Below, piece by piece: positions 1 through 10,756 of a stretch of DNA of 64,000 bases. The translations under genes and the position numbers were made by a program. The notes under the pieces are model-generated. The model worked only from the letters and a program-made list of their open reading frames with translations. It searched no databases and was not told the DNA's origin. Origin of the DNA: an uncultured cyanobacterium (GTDB lineage Bacteria > Cyanobacteriota > Cyanobacteriia > Cyanobacteriales > CAWUOF01); the NCBI GenBank assembly GCA_963744145.1, contig CAVUSO010000001.1, forward strand, positions 32,001 through 96,000. The letters are read 5' to 3'. How positions within the stretch are numbered: the first letter of the stretch is position 1; every line of letters begins with the position of its first letter.

Positions 1-29
1 ACTAATAAAAGAGAACGGAGAATGGCTAT

Positions 30-2555
30 ATGCTCATCAATTACCGACAAATAATTATAGAAAAAAACCAACCTAGACCGCGATCGCCAAAATTAAAATT
101 AATCAGTACCGCTGTAAATCTGGGGTGCTTCACCGTTTTTTTATTCAACACTTGTCTATCTGCTTCAGCCCAAATTACGATCGATCAGACTTTACCAAAT
201 AATAGTAGTGTGATGATCAATGGTAATCTGATCCAGATTGAGGGAGGTACTAAAGCTGGTAGAAATTTATTCCATAGCTTTAGTGAATTTTCGGTTAATC
301 CTGGAACAGAAGTATATTTTAATAACTCTCTAGATATTCAAAATATTTTTACTCGGATTACAGGTAATACCATTTCAAATATTAACGGATTAATTCAGAC
401 TAATGGTACTGCTAATTTATTTTTCCTTAACCCTAATGGGATTATTTTTGGTCCGAATGCGGCTTTAAATATTGGTGGTTCATTTATTGGTAGTAGTGCC
501 AGTAGTATCAAATTTTCTGATGGTAGTCAGTTTAGCGCAAAACCTACTAATTTACCCTCACCATTATTAACCATAAATACGCCGATCGGGTTACAATTTG
601 GTGCTAATCCAGGTCAGATTATTAATCAATCAACAGTGAGTATTCCCAATGTTAGTCAACCGGTGGGATTAGCAGTACCATCAGATCAAACCTTAGCATT
701 GGTGGGAGGAGATATATTACTCCAAGGAGGAAATTTAACCGCATCGGGAGGAAGAATCGAGTTAAGTGCGGTGGGAGACAATAATTCAGTTAGTCTCACT
801 CCCCTGGGAAATGGAGCAGGTTTTAGCTTGGGGATTCAAGATTTACAAAATTTACGTGATATCCAACTATCAAAGGGTGCATTAGTCAATACCAGTGGTA
901 CAGGAGGGGGAGATATTCAGCTGCAAGGAAAACAAATTACGCTGCAAGATGGAGCAAGTTTGTTAGGATTGACTTTAGGTGATCTACCCGGAGGAACAAT
1001 TACAGTTAATGCTACAGGATCATTAGCAATAGCGGGGATCGGAGATTATGAAAATATAGTCAGAAAATTTGTGACAGGAACAATTGGATTGACTGATTTA
1101 CATAGCGGATTATTTGCTACTACATTAGGTACTGGTAAAGCTGGTAATGTGATTATTAACACACCCCAATTTACAGCAGATAATGGTGGTTATGTATCTG
1201 CGACTACAGTTAGTTCAGGTCAGGGTGGAACGATCATCGTAAATGCAGGATTGGTGCAATTAAATTCCTCATTTATTGCCACAGGAACTTCAGTAAATGG
1301 GGGAAATTCTGGGGATGTAACTGTTAATACTAATAAATTTATAGCTGATAATAATGCCATTATCACTACTTCTAGCTTTAGTACTGGTCAAGGAGGAAAT
1401 TTAAGTATTAACGCCCAGGATTCAGTTGAATTAATTGGAGTTAATCCCTTTACTATTATTCCCAATGTTCAAGGTTTTACTGGATTTTTTAGTAGTGGTT
1501 TAGGAGCTGGAAAAGCTGGTAATTTAGAGATCAATACCAAAACCTTATCTATGCTCAGTGGTTCCGATGTAGCTGCAAGTGTATTTGGTACTGGAGATGG
1601 GGGAAATATTACCATTAGAGCGACAAATTTGGTGGAATTAATTGGCAAATCTCCGAATGGTGAAGCTTTAACTTCGATCAATACTCTCACTCAACCTGGT
1701 TCGACGGGAAAAGGTGGAAATTTAGTGATTCAAACTCCAAATTTAACTCTGCAAGATGGAGCGACTTTAAGTGTGCGATCGCGCGGTTCAGGTAGCACTG
1801 GAAATTTACAAGTAATTGCCAATACCGTAAAAATTATCAATCAAAGTGGAATTGAAGGAACAGCAGTAGCTGGAGAAGGAGCCAACTTAGATTTTAATAC
1901 AAACACCTTACAAATAACTCAAAATAGTTTTATTTCTGCTACTGCTGGGACAGAAGGTGGACCAGGAAATGGTGGGAATATTAACATTAATACTAATACT
2001 TTAGGACTTTTAGAAAATAGTAGTATTGTCGCTAATGCTTTTTCTGGAAAAGGAGGAAATATTACCATTAATACTCAAGGAAATTTTATTTCAGCCGATA
2101 GTAAAATTACCGCTAGTTCAACTCTAGGGGTCAGTGGAGTAATTGCTATTAACACTCCGGAAATTGACCCAACTAAGGGATTAGTTAACTTACCCCAGAA
2201 TTTTACTAATGCGAGATCATTAATTAGTTCTAGTTGCGATCGGGCTCAAAGTAATCAGTTTACCATTACCGGAAAAGGAGGATTACCCCCTGATCCGAAT
2301 CAGACCCTGTTAGGAACAGCAGTTTGGAGAGATTTGCGATCGCTAAATTTAGGACGGGTCAGTCAGACTACTGATCAAACTAATCAATTTGACGTAACCT
2401 TGAGAAAAAAATTTCCACCGAGGATTTTAGAAGCAAATGGATGGATAATAGATCAACAGGGAAAAGTTAAGTTAGTTGTAGATACTACTCAAGGAAGTAT
2501 TCCCCATATTTGGTATTTTCCGGTAGAATGTGGGGGAATTTCCCGAAGCTCTTGA
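30..2555 (+). CDS. Filamentous haemagglutinin family (TPS secretion domain) exoprotein, copy 1
   Basis: Signal-like N-terminus ending ASA-QIT; haemagglutination-activity motifs NLFHSFSEFS and NLFFLNPNGIIFGPNA; Gly/Asn/Thr-rich beta-helix repeats; C-terminal C...F.ITGKGGLP and EANGW..D..GKV motifs. Confidence 0.93.
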   Translation: MLINYRQIIIEKNQPRPRSPKLKLISTAVNLGCFTVFLFNTCLSASAQITIDQTLPNNSSVMINGNLIQIEGGTKAGRNLFHSFSEFSVNPGTEVYFNNSLDIQNIFTRITGNTISNINGLIQTNGTANLFFLNPNGIIFGPNAALNIGGSFIGSSASSIKFSDGSQFSAKPTNLPSPLLTINTPIGLQFGANPGQIINQSTVSIPNVSQPVGLAVPSDQTLALVGGDILLQGGNLTASGGRIELSAVGDNNSVSLTPLGNGAGFSLGIQDLQNLRDIQLSKGALVNTSGTGGGDIQLQGKQITLQDGASLLGLTLGDLPGGTITVNATGSLAIAGIGDYENIVRKFVTGTIGLTDLHSGLFATTLGTGKAGNVIINTPQFTADNGGYVSATTVSSGQGGTIIVNAGLVQLNSSFIATGTSVNGGNSGDVTVNTNKFIADNNAIITTSSFSTGQGGNLSINAQDSVELIGVNPFTIIPNVQGFTGFFSSGLGAGKAGNLEINTKTLSMLSGSDVAASVFGTGDGGNITIRATNLVELIGKSPNGEALTSINTLTQPGSTGKGGNLVIQTPNLTLQDGATLSVRSRGSGSTGNLQVIANTVKIINQSGIEGTAVAGEGANLDFNTNTLQITQNSFISATAGTEGGPGNGGNININTNTLGLLENSSIVANAFSGKGGNITINTQGNFISADSKITASSTLGVSGVIAINTPEIDPTKGLVNLPQNFTNARSLISSSCDRAQSNQFTITGKGGLPPDPNQTLLGTAVWRDLRSLNLGRVSQTTDQTNQFDVTLRKKFPPRILEANGWIIDQQGKVKLVVDTTQGSIPHIWYFPVECGGISRSS

Positions 2556-2599
2556 GCAAAATCATCTCGATTTTGAAACTAACCATTTAGTTTAAGTAT

Positions 2600-5347
2600 A
2601 TGCACCAACTATCAAGACACTTTGTCCTCACAACTCTTTTATCTTTCTATCCTTTGATCGCAGGTGCCCAAATTACACCGGATGCTACATTACCGAGCAA
2701 TAGCACCGTAATTCCTCAAGGTCAAAATTTCCAAATTCAGGGTGGGACAAGAATTGGTAATAATCTTTTCCACAGTTTTCAAGAATTTTCCCTCAGTACA
2801 GGACAGACAGCTAATTTTAATAATGATCTAAATATTCAAAATATTTTCAGTCGTGTTACGGGTGGAAAAATATCTAATATTGATGGATTAATTCAAGCAA
2901 ATGGGAGCGCTAACTTATTTTTCCTCAATCCCGCAGGGATCATATTTGGTCCTAATGCTTCTCTTCATTTAGGTGGTTCTTTGATTATAACTACTGCTAA
3001 CAGCATCAAATTTAGCGATGGTAGTTTTTTCAGTGCAACTAATCCCACTGCACCACCATTATTAACAGTAAATGTACCGATTGGTTTACAGATTGATTCC
3101 AATCCAGGTGCAATTCAAGTTCAAGGAAATGGTAATAATCTGCAATATGATCCTAATACTTTAGCGACAGTGCGAACTCAAAGACCTGTTGGTCTCCAAG
3201 TACCCGATGGTAATACTTTAGCTTTATTAGGTGGAGATATTAATTTAACTGGAGGTAATATTACTGCTGCTGGGGGAAGAATTGAACTAGGTAGTGTTGC
3301 TCAAGGTTTGGTTACTCTTACTCCGCTTAACTCCTCTGTTCCAATCAATCAAGGAGGGATTGTTGGATGGAAGCTTGGATATGAAGGAATTACTAATTTT
3401 CAAGATATCAATCTAACCCAAGGAGCTTCTGCTTCGAGTAGTGGAATCAGTGGAGGTCAAACTCAAGTTCAAGGTAGAAATATTATCATCGCAGATGGTG
3501 CTGCAATTTTAGCAGATACTTTAGGAAAATATAATGGTGGAGGGTTAATTGTCAAAGGGTCAGAATCAGTTCAAGTAACTGGTTCCTCTGATTTATTTTC
3601 GAGTAGTTTATTTGCTTCTGTTGATCCAGGGGTAACGGGAAATGGGGGATTGCTCACGATTGAAACTGGACGTTTAGTGATTACTAATGAGGGGATAGTT
3701 GGTGCTGATACATTTGGGGTTGGTAATGCAGGGGGAATTAATATTAAAGCGAACTCAGTGGAAGTTTCTGGGGGTAGTGTCCTAGAAGCTTCTGTATATA
3801 CGGGAGCTACAGGAAATGGGGGAGTTTTAAATATTAATACTAATAGTTTATCCGTGCTTGGAGGTTCACAGATTTTAAATTTTACTCGAGCTGGTGGTAA
3901 TGCTGGAGATATTAATATTAATGCTAATCAAGTTAATGTCGATGGAACCACCCAGTCAGGTAGTTATCCGAGTTTATTGTCGGTTTCTGTGGAATCAGGA
4001 GCTACAGGTCAGGGTGGGAAGTTAAATGTCACAACTGATAGTTTATTTATTACGAATGGAGCGAGACTAGGAGGTAATACTTCAAGTACTGGTAAAGCTG
4101 GAGAAGTTAATATTTCGGCTAATTTAGTAGAAGTAAGTGGATTTGGGAAGAAAGGTAATTTAAGTATTTTGTCTGCTGATGCAGATCAAAATACTGGAAA
4201 TGGAGGAAGTTTAACGATTAATACGGGGAAATTACTGGTCAACAATGGAGGACAAGTTAGTACCGGCACTTTTGATAGTGGTCAAGGAGGTAATCTCATT
4301 ATTAATGCAACTAATTCGATTGATTTAAGTGGAGAAACTCCTGTATTTCCTCTGCGCGATCGCTCTTACTTTACTGATAGTTCTGGACAATTTTTTCCCA
4401 GTGGTTTATTTGCGGGTTCACAAGGAACAGGAAATGCTGGTAGTTTATCAATCCAAACTCCTCAATTAAGTGTCAGTAATCAAGCTCTAATTTCTGCGAG
4501 TGGTTTTACTGGAAAAGGAGGAAGTTTATTGGTGCAAGCTCCCAATTTAACTTTGGATAATGGAGGAAAATTAAGTGTGCGATCGCAAGGAACGGGAGCA
4601 ACTGGAAATTTACAAGTAATTGCGAATACAGTTAAATTTAACCATCAAAGTGGGATTGAAGGAACTTCGATTACTGGGGAAGGAGCTAACTTAAGCTTAA
4701 GTGCAGATACCATCCAATTAAGAAATAATAGCTTTATTTCCGCTACTGCGGGGACTCAAGGTGGACCGGGAAATGGTGGGAATATTAATATTACGACCAA
4801 TACCTTGGGACTTTTAGAAAAAAGTAATATTGTTGCTAATGCGTTTTCTGGGAAAGGTGGAAATATTACTATTACTACTCAAGGAGATTTTCTTTCCCCA
4901 GATAGTGAAATTACTGCTAGTTCTCAATTAGGATTAAATGGGGTGGTTGATATTCGTACCCCTGGAATTGATCCGAGTAAGGGATTAGTTAACTTACCCC
5001 AGAATTTTACCAACGTGAGTAAATTAATTAGTTCCACCTGCGATCGAACCCAAAGTAATCAATTTACTATAACTGGAAAAGGAGGATTACCTCCTAATCC
5101 AGGTCAGACCATTGTCGGAACTGCTATTTGGCAAGATCTGCGATCGCTTAGGGGGAAACAAAACCATAATTATGCTCAAGTAAATTATCAATTTGATGTC
5201 CCTTTAGCAAAACATTTTGCTCCTCCTATTCTCGAAGCAAATGGATGGATTATCGATCAAGAAGGGAAAGTTAAGTTAGTTACTCATATACCTCAAGAAA
5301 ATAGTCAGAATGGTTGGTATCATTCAGTCCCTTGTCGGGGTAGTTAG
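2600..5347 (+). CDS. Filamentous haemagglutinin family exoprotein, copy 2
   Basis: NLFHSFQEFS, NLFFLNPAGIIFG and the same C-terminal motifs as copy 1. Confidence 0.93.
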   Translation: MHQLSRHFVLTTLLSFYPLIAGAQITPDATLPSNSTVIPQGQNFQIQGGTRIGNNLFHSFQEFSLSTGQTANFNNDLNIQNIFSRVTGGKISNIDGLIQANGSANLFFLNPAGIIFGPNASLHLGGSLIITTANSIKFSDGSFFSATNPTAPPLLTVNVPIGLQIDSNPGAIQVQGNGNNLQYDPNTLATVRTQRPVGLQVPDGNTLALLGGDINLTGGNITAAGGRIELGSVAQGLVTLTPLNSSVPINQGGIVGWKLGYEGITNFQDINLTQGASASSSGISGGQTQVQGRNIIIADGAAILADTLGKYNGGGLIVKGSESVQVTGSSDLFSSSLFASVDPGVTGNGGLLTIETGRLVITNEGIVGADTFGVGNAGGINIKANSVEVSGGSVLEASVYTGATGNGGVLNINTNSLSVLGGSQILNFTRAGGNAGDININANQVNVDGTTQSGSYPSLLSVSVESGATGQGGKLNVTTDSLFITNGARLGGNTSSTGKAGEVNISANLVEVSGFGKKGNLSILSADADQNTGNGGSLTINTGKLLVNNGGQVSTGTFDSGQGGNLIINATNSIDLSGETPVFPLRDRSYFTDSSGQFFPSGLFAGSQGTGNAGSLSIQTPQLSVSNQALISASGFTGKGGSLLVQAPNLTLDNGGKLSVRSQGTGATGNLQVIANTVKFNHQSGIEGTSITGEGANLSLSADTIQLRNNSFISATAGTQGGPGNGGNINITTNTLGLLEKSNIVANAFSGKGGNITITTQGDFLSPDSEITASSQLGLNGVVDIRTPGIDPSKGLVNLPQNFTNVSKLISSTCDRTQSNQFTITGKGGLPPNPGQTIVGTAIWQDLRSLRGKQNHNYAQVNYQFDVPLAKHFAPPILEANGWIIDQEGKVKLVTHIPQENSQNGWYHSVPCRGS

Positions 5348-5433
5348 GGTAACCTTCCTGGAGGAACACATATACCAAGGAAATTTTGCCAAGATTTGGT
5401 ATGATCCAGTAGAGTTTGATCTCTTTAATTCAG

Positions 5434-7911
5434 ATGAATAAAAATCCGCCCAAAATACCACAATTTTTCTTTAATAGAAAAGCATTAATTGGTACTCTAG
5501 CAATCTTATCCTGGCAAACTTGTAGTATAGCTTTAGCACAAATTATTCCTGATTCCAGTTTACCAACTAACAGTCATGTGATGATCAATGGAAATATTAT
5601 TCGCATTGAGGGAGGTAGTAAAGTTGGAGGAAATTTATTCCATAGCTTTAGTGATTTTTCTAACAGTGATGGGACTACAGTATTTTTCAATAATCCGCTC
5701 GATGTGCAAAATATTTTTACTCGGATTACTGGTAATACTAGCTCCAATATTAATGGCGTAATTCAGAGTAATGGGACGGCTAATTTATTTTTAATTAACC
5801 CCAATGGAATCACTTTTGGTCCGAATGCAGCGTTAAATATTGGTGGTTCATTTATTGGTAGTAGTGCTAATAATATTCAATTTACTGATGGAACTCAATT
5901 TAGCGTTAAATCTAATAATTTAGTCACTCATTTATTGACAATTACAGCGCCGATTGGTTTACAATTTAACGCTAATGCTGGTAACATTATTAATCAATCT
6001 ACTGTCAGTATTCCTAATATTACACACCCGATCGGATTAGCAGTACAACCGGGAAAAACTTTAGCATTAATAGGTGGAAATATTCTCTTATCAGGAGGAG
6101 TTTTAACCGCATCGGGAGGAAGAATCGAGTTAAGTGCTGTGGGAGATAATAATAGGGTGAGTCTGACTCCGATCGCGACTGGTTTTATGTTGGGAATTCA
6201 AGACTTGCAAAATTTAAGGGATATTCAATTATCACAAGGTGGGTTAGTCAATACCAGTGGAATTGGAGGAGGAGATATTCAACTTCAAGGAAGACAAATT
6301 AGTCTCCAAGATGGTGCGAGTTTATTAGGGTTAACCTTAGGTAATCTTCCGGGGGGAAAAATTACTGTTAATGCTGCTCAATCTTTAACCATAACAGGAA
6401 TCGGAGATTATGAAAATGTAGCCCGAAAATTGACAACTGGAAATGTTGGTTTAAATGAACTACATAGTGGGATATTTGCAATTACTTTAAATACTGGTAA
6501 AGCTGGTAATATTATGATTAATACTCCCCAATTAATCGCTAATAATGGAGCTTATATCGCTACAAGTACCCTAGCTCCAGGTCAAGGAGGAAATATATTA
6601 TTAAATACATCTCTGCTGCAATTAAATTCATCATTTATCGCGACGGGAACTGCTGGGATAAATTCTGGAGATGCGGGAGATTTAACGATCAATACTAATC
6701 AATTTATCGCTAATAATAACGCCATTTTAGCAACTTCGAGTTTTGGTAATGGTAAAGGAGGAAATTTAACTGTTAATGCAACGGACTTAATTAAATTAAT
6801 TGGGATTGATCCGTTTCAAGTTACTCCTAATACAAATGTAATTGCATTTACAGGTTTTTCTAGTGGTGCTGTGGGAACTGGAAAAGCAGGAAATATCCTC
6901 GTCAATACCAAAAAATTAATTATGTTGAGTGGAGCAGAATTATCTGCTAGTGTATATAATACAGGAGACGGAGGAAATATTACGATTAATGCAACTAAAT
7001 CTCTAGAGGTAGTTGGTATTTCTCCGAATGGCAAAAATTTAACATCCATCAATGCTCTAACTAACCCTGGTTCTACAGGACAAGGAGGAAGTTTACTGAT
7101 CCAAACTCCGAACTTAACTTTGCAAGATGGAGGAAGATTAGGTGTGCGATCGCAAGGAACGGGAAAGACGGGAAATTTACAAATAATTGCTGATCAAGTT
7201 AAATTTATAAATCAAGCTGGAATTGAAGGAACTTCGAGTGCTGGAGCAGGAGCTAATCTTAGTTTAAGTGCGAATACCATCCAATTAAGTAAAAATAGCT
7301 TTATTTCCGCTACTGCTGGTACAGCAGGTGGTGTGGGAGATGGTGGGAATATTAATATTCATACCCATACTTTAGGACTTTTAGAAAATAGTAGTATTGT
7401 CGCAAATACCTTTTTGGGAACAGGTGGAAATATTACTATTAATACTCAAGGAAATTTTATTTCGACCGATAGTAGCATTACCGCTAGTTCCAAATTTGGG
7501 ATCGATGGTACAGTGACCATTAATAATCCTAATCTTAATTCTAATAGTGGTGTGATCCTGTTATCACAAAAGGAGATAGATGCACTTGGTCTGATTGCTC
7601 GCGATCCCTGTAAAAAAATTCACAATAATAGTTTTATTATTACTGGTAAGGGTGGTTTACCTCACACTCCTTTTGATTTATTCACCACCAATGAAATATT
7701 AGCGGATTTAGGAACAGAATTACCTCAGACTCCTCTCTTACCCCATCAAATTATTTCTACTTCCACAAAGAATTTATCTCCTTCTAGCTCAGAACCGATG
7801 ATGGAAGCAACTGGATGGATTATCGATCAACAGGGAAAAGTTAAATTAGTTACCGATGTTCCTCAAGTAAATAATATTTGGTATCATCAAGTACATTGCA
7901 GGGATAGTTAA
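5434..7911 (+). CDS. Filamentous haemagglutinin family exoprotein, copy 3
   Basis: Same motifs; ORF is open from TTG 5416, ATG 5434 taken as the likelier start. Confidence 0.92.
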   Translation: MNKNPPKIPQFFFNRKALIGTLAILSWQTCSIALAQIIPDSSLPTNSHVMINGNIIRIEGGSKVGGNLFHSFSDFSNSDGTTVFFNNPLDVQNIFTRITGNTSSNINGVIQSNGTANLFLINPNGITFGPNAALNIGGSFIGSSANNIQFTDGTQFSVKSNNLVTHLLTITAPIGLQFNANAGNIINQSTVSIPNITHPIGLAVQPGKTLALIGGNILLSGGVLTASGGRIELSAVGDNNRVSLTPIATGFMLGIQDLQNLRDIQLSQGGLVNTSGIGGGDIQLQGRQISLQDGASLLGLTLGNLPGGKITVNAAQSLTITGIGDYENVARKLTTGNVGLNELHSGIFAITLNTGKAGNIMINTPQLIANNGAYIATSTLAPGQGGNILLNTSLLQLNSSFIATGTAGINSGDAGDLTINTNQFIANNNAILATSSFGNGKGGNLTVNATDLIKLIGIDPFQVTPNTNVIAFTGFSSGAVGTGKAGNILVNTKKLIMLSGAELSASVYNTGDGGNITINATKSLEVVGISPNGKNLTSINALTNPGSTGQGGSLLIQTPNLTLQDGGRLGVRSQGTGKTGNLQIIADQVKFINQAGIEGTSSAGAGANLSLSANTIQLSKNSFISATAGTAGGVGDGGNINIHTHTLGLLENSSIVANTFLGTGGNITINTQGNFISTDSSITASSKFGIDGTVTINNPNLNSNSGVILLSQKEIDALGLIARDPCKKIHNNSFIITGKGGLPHTPFDLFTTNEILADLGTELPQTPLLPHQIISTSTKNLSPSSSEPMMEATGWIIDQQGKVKLVTDVPQVNNIWYHQVHCRDS

Positions 7912-7924
7912 ACAAAGTACCGCG

Positions 7925-8083
7925 ATGATGATTAACTTTACTGATGGTACTCAATTTAGTGCTAAACTTAATCTTAGCAATACCCCTAGGGGTGACTTGG
8001 TCGGAGTATTTAAGGAAAATAAAAATTGCCCCAATGCGATCGCTAAACAATCAAACCTAGGAGAAGTTCAAAATGACTACTAA
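7925..8083 (+). pseudogene. Collapsed relic of an FHA gene (52-codon ORF)
   Basis: Translates MMINFTDGTQFSAKLN..., matching IQFTDGTQFSVKSN of copy 3 (DNA similar to 5881-5916). Confidence 0.55.
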
Positions 8084-10637
8084 AATCATTGCTATTTTCA
8101 AATCTATTCACGTTAATATTTGGCTAGGAATAATAACTTTTTTGTTAATTATAACAGTTTTTCCTGTAGCAGCAAAAAATTTGCCTTCCATCGAACCACA
8201 AGTACAAACTACTGGAAATTTATTAGAACAAGGTGTAACTTTAGATGAAAATGGACAATTCGCTGAAGCAATTAAAATTTGGCAACAAGCAGAGCAAAAC
8301 TATCAACAACAAGGTGATTATCTTAATCAAGCATTAAGCTTAAGCTATCTATCCTTAGCATATCAAGAATTAGGACAATGGGTTCAAGCACAGAAAGCGA
8401 TCGCTAGTTCTTTAGATTTACTAAAAAAAACATCTCACTTAGATACTCAGGGGATCGCAATTTTAGCAAGAGTTTTAAATAGTCAAGGTAATTTTGAACT
8501 AGCGATTGGACATGGAGAAGAAGCACTGAATATTTGGCAAGAAGCAGAGCAAAACTATCAGAAAGCTGGGGATAAATTGGGAGTATTAGGTAGTCAAATT
8601 AACCAAGCTCAAGCTCTGCAAAACTTAGGATTATATCGACGGGCAAGAACTAGATTAGAAACAATTAATCAACAGCTCCAAACTCAACCAGATTCAGAAT
8701 TAAAGGTGATTGGATTGCAAAGTTTGGGAGTAGCTTTACAAGTAGTAGGTGATTTAAAACAGTCGGAGAAAATCTTAAACCAAAGTTTATCAATTAGCTC
8801 CAAAAAAAATCAAAGTGCAATTTTATTTAGTTTGGGTAATACCGCACGAGGATTGCAAAAAATTGAAGTAGCAAAGCAATTATACGAACAAGCAGCTCAA
8901 ACAGCAAATACAGCGATTGGCAAATTAGAAGCACAATTGAATCTATTCAGCTTACTCATCGAAACTAAACTGGAAGTAGAGAGCGAAAACTTATTACCAA
9001 AAATCATTGCTGGATTAGAAGAAATATCTCCCAGTCGTGCTGGAATTTATGGAAGGGTGAATTTAGCAGAAAGTTTAATCAAGCTCCAAACATACCACCA
9101 AAATCTGACCAATAGCAATTTTGCTCCTCAGATAGCTAAAATTTTAGCAACGGGAATCGAACAAGCAAAAACCTTACATGATCAACGAGCTGAAGCTTAT
9201 GCAATCGGTGAGTTAGGACATCTGTATGAACAAAACCAACAGTGGTTAGATGCAGAAAAACTAACCGAAAAAGCATTAGGAATTGCCCAGGAAATTAACG
9301 CTTATGATATCACCGCTCGTTGGCAATGGCAACTAGGAAGAATTTTCAAACAAACCGGGAATATCCCAGCTGCGATCGCTGCTTATACTGAAGCAGTAAA
9401 AAACTTACAATCCCTCCGGAGTGATTTAGTTGCAATTAATCCCGATGTGCAATTTTCTTTTCGTGAAAGTGTCGAACCAGTTTATCGACAGCTAGTGGAA
9501 TTATTATTACAATCCAATCCGAGTCAAGCCAATCTCAAACAAGCAAGAGCAGTAATTGAAAGACTACAACTAGCTGAACTAGATAACTTCTTTCGGGAAG
9601 CTTGTTTAGCTGCTAAACCAGAGCAAATTGATAAATTTGATCCCCATGGAGCAATAATTTATCCGATTATCTTACCCGATCGCTTAGAAGTAATCGCATC
9701 TTTATATGGACAACCCCTGAAAAATTACCAAACCAGGTTAACGCAAACTGAAATAGAAACTACCCTCGAACAATTACTAGAATCCTTGAACCCAGCTTAT
9801 TCAAACTCAAAACGTCTCATGCTATCCCAGCAAGTGTATGATTGGTTAATTCGACCGATCGCAGCTGACTTAGAGACCAGTAAAATCAAAACCTTAGTAT
9901 TTGTACTTGATGGTGCTTTACGAAACTTACCAATGTCAGCTTTACATGATGGCAAACAATATTTAATTGAAAAATATAGTGTAGCCCTGAGTCAAGGTTT
10001 GCAATTACCAAAATCCCGATCGTTGGTGAAAGGAGAAATTAAAGCTTTAACCGCAGGATTAACTGAAGCTCGTCAAGGTTTTGCTGCACTACCAGGAGTC
10101 AAGAAAGAAATCAACCAAATTGCAGCCGAAGTGCCATCTCAAATCTTCTTAGATCGAGATTTTACCGCAAGCAAACTCCAAAACCTCCTCAAAACCACTA
10201 ATTTTCCCATCATTCACCTCGCAACCCACGGACAATTTAGCTCCCATGCAGAAAATACCTTTCTCCTGACCTGGGATGGACAAGTTAATGTGAAAGATTT
10301 TGATGAATTAATTCGCGCTCGCGGACAAACCGCTAGTAATCCCTTAGAATTATTAGTCTTAAGTGCTTGTCAAACCGCAACAGGTGATAAAAGAGCTGCT
10401 CTGGGGTTAGCTGGAGTAGCAGTGCGATCGGGAGCAAGGAGTACCATGGCAACATTATGGTCAGTCAAAGATGAATCGACAGCAAAACTGATGACGCACT
10501 TTTATCAACAGATCAATTTCCCCGGAGTCAGTAAAGCCGAAGCTTTGCGTCAAGCCCAACTGAATTTATTGCAACAAAATAAATATCAACATCCCTTTTA
10601 CTGGGCACCTTTTATTTTGGTGGGAAATTGGTTATAG
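8073..10637 (+). CDS. TPR + CHAT (caspase-HetF family) protease with signal peptide
   Basis: Hydrophobic N-terminus; TPR-like helices; IHLATHG (catalytic His), LVLSACQT (catalytic Cys), C-terminal HPFYWAPFILVGNW. Confidence 0.93.
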   Translation: MTTKIIAIFKSIHVNIWLGIITFLLIITVFPVAAKNLPSIEPQVQTTGNLLEQGVTLDENGQFAEAIKIWQQAEQNYQQQGDYLNQALSLSYLSLAYQELGQWVQAQKAIASSLDLLKKTSHLDTQGIAILARVLNSQGNFELAIGHGEEALNIWQEAEQNYQKAGDKLGVLGSQINQAQALQNLGLYRRARTRLETINQQLQTQPDSELKVIGLQSLGVALQVVGDLKQSEKILNQSLSISSKKNQSAILFSLGNTARGLQKIEVAKQLYEQAAQTANTAIGKLEAQLNLFSLLIETKLEVESENLLPKIIAGLEEISPSRAGIYGRVNLAESLIKLQTYHQNLTNSNFAPQIAKILATGIEQAKTLHDQRAEAYAIGELGHLYEQNQQWLDAEKLTEKALGIAQEINAYDITARWQWQLGRIFKQTGNIPAAIAAYTEAVKNLQSLRSDLVAINPDVQFSFRESVEPVYRQLVELLLQSNPSQANLKQARAVIERLQLAELDNFFREACLAAKPEQIDKFDPHGAIIYPIILPDRLEVIASLYGQPLKNYQTRLTQTEIETTLEQLLESLNPAYSNSKRLMLSQQVYDWLIRPIAADLETSKIKTLVFVLDGALRNLPMSALHDGKQYLIEKYSVALSQGLQLPKSRSLVKGEIKALTAGLTEARQGFAALPGVKKEINQIAAEVPSQIFLDRDFTASKLQNLLKTTNFPIIHLATHGQFSSHAENTFLLTWDGQVNVKDFDELIRARGQTASNPLELLVLSACQTATGDKRAALGLAGVAVRSGARSTMATLWSVKDESTAKLMTHFYQQINFPGVSKAEALRQAQLNLLQQNKYQHPFYWAPFILVGNWL

Positions 10638-10756
10638 GAAACTTAATCCCAGATTTACAAAAAATTCATGAAATCTGGAAATGACAGGTTTACAATTGAA
10701 GAAGAAGTAAAGATAATTGTCATAGTAGGACGTTAAAAATAGCTAGGTTAACAATC

